Assembly (NCBI GenBank): GCA_963841015.1
Contig: CAWJAX010000005.1
Span: 160,001 to 224,000, forward strand
From: an uncultured Methanoregulaceae archaeon
GTDB lineage: Archaea; Halobacteriota; Methanomicrobia; Methanomicrobiales; Methanospirillaceae
Length of the DNA: 64,000 nt
Direction of reading: 5' to 3'
A program made the translations under genes and the position numbers. Under the pieces are notes generated by a model. The model saw only the letters and a list, made by a program, of their open reading frames with translations. It had not been told where the DNA came from and did not search any database. This document shows, one piece after another, positions 61,862-64,000 of the stretch (the stretch's first letter is position 1; each line of letters begins with the position of its first letter).

Positions 61862-62454
61862 AGCGTTTCGTTTTCGCAGGTCTGATTTTTCTGGTGCTCC
61901 TGCAGGGCATCTGGTTTGCCTCCGCAAATGACTCGCCCGATTATTCTAAGATTGTTGTTGTCCACCTCAACATAAATAAAAGCAGTATCACAGAAAAGTC
62001 AGTTGAGATGCGCTACGGCCACCCCCCAAATATCGAAGGTAGAAGCGGGGACTTTAAAGGGACGCTGAAATCAACTGATGGTTCCACGATCCGGGAATTT
62101 ACTCTTTGGGATCCCCGCTATCAGCTGGGAGATGTCCTTGAAAAAGACAATGAATCTTCCGATTATCTTTCCGGGTACCTGACATATTCTGATAATGCAG
62201 ATCTTGTCCTCATACTTCCGTACTATGAAAACCAGATGACGTTTGAGTTGCATGACAAAAAGACCGGCACTCTGTTAAAAAAAGTGAACATGTCACAGGC
62301 AATAACAAAATTTCAATCAAACTATCCCAAAGATCCCGGAAGTGTTTCTGTATTACCTATCCAATTCGATAAATCCGTTATATATGTGATAACCGGAGTT
62401 GTGATTTCGATACTTATCATCGGAATGATTCTCTCAATGGTTCGAAAAAAATGA
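61858..62454 (+). CDS. Exported protein with C-terminal membrane anchor, translationally coupled to the peptidase
   Basis: ATGA overlap, signal peptide, C-terminal TM plus RKK. Confidence 0.75.
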   Translation: MKRFVFAGLIFLVLLQGIWFASANDSPDYSKIVVVHLNINKSSITEKSVEMRYGHPPNIEGRSGDFKGTLKSTDGSTIREFTLWDPRYQLGDVLEKDNESSDYLSGYLTYSDNADLVLILPYYENQMTFELHDKKTGTLLKKVNMSQAITKFQSNYPKDPGSVSVLPIQFDKSVIYVITGVVISILIIGMILSMVRKK

Positions 62455-62514
62455 TTTGCTGAAATCTTTTTATTGCACTTCCTTTTTTCAAAAAGAAGTT
62501 TTTCTTCCCCTCTG

Positions 62515-63108
62515 TCACGACGAGAGAGACTTTCCCAACGCGAAACCTTTTTTATATGCGGCTTCGAGGAGGGCAGGTTGCGCCTGGATATCTTTGATAG
62601 TGTCCATATCGCTGATCAACAGCTCGTCGGAATACTGGCAGTCGATGATATCAAAAAACGCCTTTACCGTCAATTTCGCGCCGACAAACACTTCAGGAAT
62701 ATTCATACCGGAGATGCAGATAAATAACCCCTTTCGTTCCTTTTTCTTTTCTTTTGATATGAGCGGTTTTTTCCGCACGTACTTTGCCATGAAAAATACC
62801 TGAAAACGATCGATAAATGACTTAAGTTTCCCGGGAATTCCCATGGTCATGACGGGTGTTGCAACGATGAGACCGTCCATTCCCCTGAGTTTCGGGTACA
62901 TTGCCTGCATATCATCATCCAGGATACAGGTTTCATGTTCCTTACAAAACATCATCTCCTGGCATGCCTGGAAATCAAGATTTGCAACAACAATTTTCTC
63001 AACTTCACATCCCGCATCTTCAGCTCCTTTGAGCGCCCTGTCGAGCAACTGTGCGGTATTTCCTTCAGTAAGAGGACTGCCAAGGAGACCGATGATCTTT
63101 CCTGCCAT
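62515..63108 (-). CDS. Flavodoxin-like / iron-sulfur flavoprotein (FMN reductase) family
   Basis: GSP...GNT, Cys cluster followed by DDM, ATPV, LKSFIDR. Confidence 0.88.
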   Translation of the reverse strand: MAGKIIGLLGSPLTEGNTAQLLDRALKGAEDAGCEVEKIVVANLDFQACQEMMFCKEHETCILDDDMQAMYPKLRGMDGLIVATPVMTMGIPGKLKSFIDRFQVFFMAKYVRKKPLISKEKKKERKGLFICISGMNIPEVFVGAKLTVKAFFDIIDCQYSDELLISDMDTIKDIQAQPALLEAAYKKGFALGKSLSS

Positions 63109-63251
63109 ACTAACACCTTAAAAAAAATACGCAATATACTTTTGCCTGTAGATAAGTGTTTTTTTAATTTTATGCAGTTTTTTTTCTTTTTCTGATGCAC
63201 GAACGCAACTCATATATATCTTTGACGTGCATGAAAGTTTTGGTGAATTAG

Positions 63252-63482
63252 TTGACTGAACAGAAGACGTACACCGCGGGACAGAAAGTCGGCGCGGGAA
63301 AATATGTGTGCATTGACTGCGGAAAAGAACTTACCCTGGACAAGAGTGAACAGGATCTCAGGAAATGTCCCTCCTGCGCCTGCGAAGAATACCAATGCTT
63401 CCCCATGACGCACATACGCCCGGACATTAAGACTCCGGAGGATGCAAAAAATCCGCCAAAACGCGGTAAAAGCAACCAGTAA
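63252..63482 (+). CDS. Small zinc-ribbon protein
   Basis: Y.AG...GAG.Y.CIDCG...CPSC; GGTGA RBS; TTG start. Confidence 0.8.
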   Translation: MTEQKTYTAGQKVGAGKYVCIDCGKELTLDKSEQDLRKCPSCACEEYQCFPMTHIRPDIKTPEDAKNPPKRGKSNQ

Positions 63483-63600
63483 CTTACATTTTTCTTTTCA
63501 GGCATTGACAGCAAATGTGACTCCTGGGAGTTCCTGCAAAAAATATACCCGCAGATTCCTGCTCCCAGTTTTTATCTGACAAAAAAGGGAGGATCCTTAC

Positions 63601-63729
63601 ATGGTAAACGTCTCAAAAGAGGGCCAGGTCTTCCGGTGTGAGATCTGCGGCAACGTTGTAATTGTAAAAGAGTCCGGTGGCGGCGAACTTGTCTGCTGCG
63701 GCGAACCTATGCAACTGGAGAGTGAGTAA
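63601..63729 (+). CDS. Desulforedoxin-like standalone FeS4 protein, 42 aa (not in the ORF track)
   Basis: MVNVSKEGQVFRCEICGNVVIVKESGGGELVCCGEPMQLESE; GGAGG RBS. Confidence 0.9.
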   Translation: MVNVSKEGQVFRCEICGNVVIVKESGGGELVCCGEPMQLESE

Positions 63730-63732
63730 ATT

Positions 63733-64000
63733 ATGGCAGTAAAAAAAACAGTACCCAAAAAAACACCTGCGAAAATATCCGCAACAAAAAAAGGAACTGA
63801 TAAGAAACTCAATACCCTTGAGAAGAAGATCGGAAAAGTGCCGAAATTTTTCCGGGAGTTGACGACAAAAGAGCCGGAGATGTTCAATCTCGTGATGAGA
63901 TTTGAGCAGCACATCTGGGACGATGGCAAACTGTCGAGAAAGACAAAAAAACTAATTGCTATTGCGATTGCAGCAGCTCTGCGTGACCAGCATGCGGTCC
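63733..64000 (+). CDS. Carboxymuconolactone decarboxylase/AhpD-like family protein, truncated by the window end (not in the ORF track)
   Basis: Lys-rich N-terminus, G.VP.F, DGKLSRKTKKLIAIAIAAA. Confidence 0.8.
   Translation, partial: MAVKKTVPKKTPAKISATKKGTDKKLNTLEKKIGKVPKFFRELTTKEPEMFNLVMRFEQHIWDDGKLSRKTKKLIAIAIAAALRDQHAV

Overview
Archaeal chromosomal segment from a methanogen. Gene content and order suggest Methanomicrobiales, Methanoregula-like; this is an inference, not a database match. About 1-49 kb is mostly housekeeping: thiL (partial), DUF460, RIO2, nadE, cupin pgi, class II lysS, rlmH, pgk, the complete A1Ao ATP synthase operon (H-I-K-E-C-F-A-B-D), tldD/pmbA, lonB, prs, nob1, thermosome, tRNA-Ser(CGA), initiator tRNA-Met, purF, rpl37e, Sm, sepF, ZPR1, purM, aspartokinase and tfrAB. 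About 49-62.5 kb is a cell-surface block: LamG protein, Ig+vWA adhesin, radC, an M64-like metalloprotease pair and, most notably, a four-gene SipW/TasA-type operon. Its products look like a complete donor-strand pilus: a major subunit, a dedicated peptidase, a donor-strand-only beta-propeller tip protein with 135-bp tandem repeats, and an acceptor-only membrane anchor. Also seen: an unannotated structured intergenic region and a perfect operator-like palindrome between pgi and trmB, small genes missing from the ORF track, and five single-base frameshifts in otherwise intact genes, probably sequencing or assembly errors. No CRISPR array, integrase, transposase or reverse transcriptase was seen.
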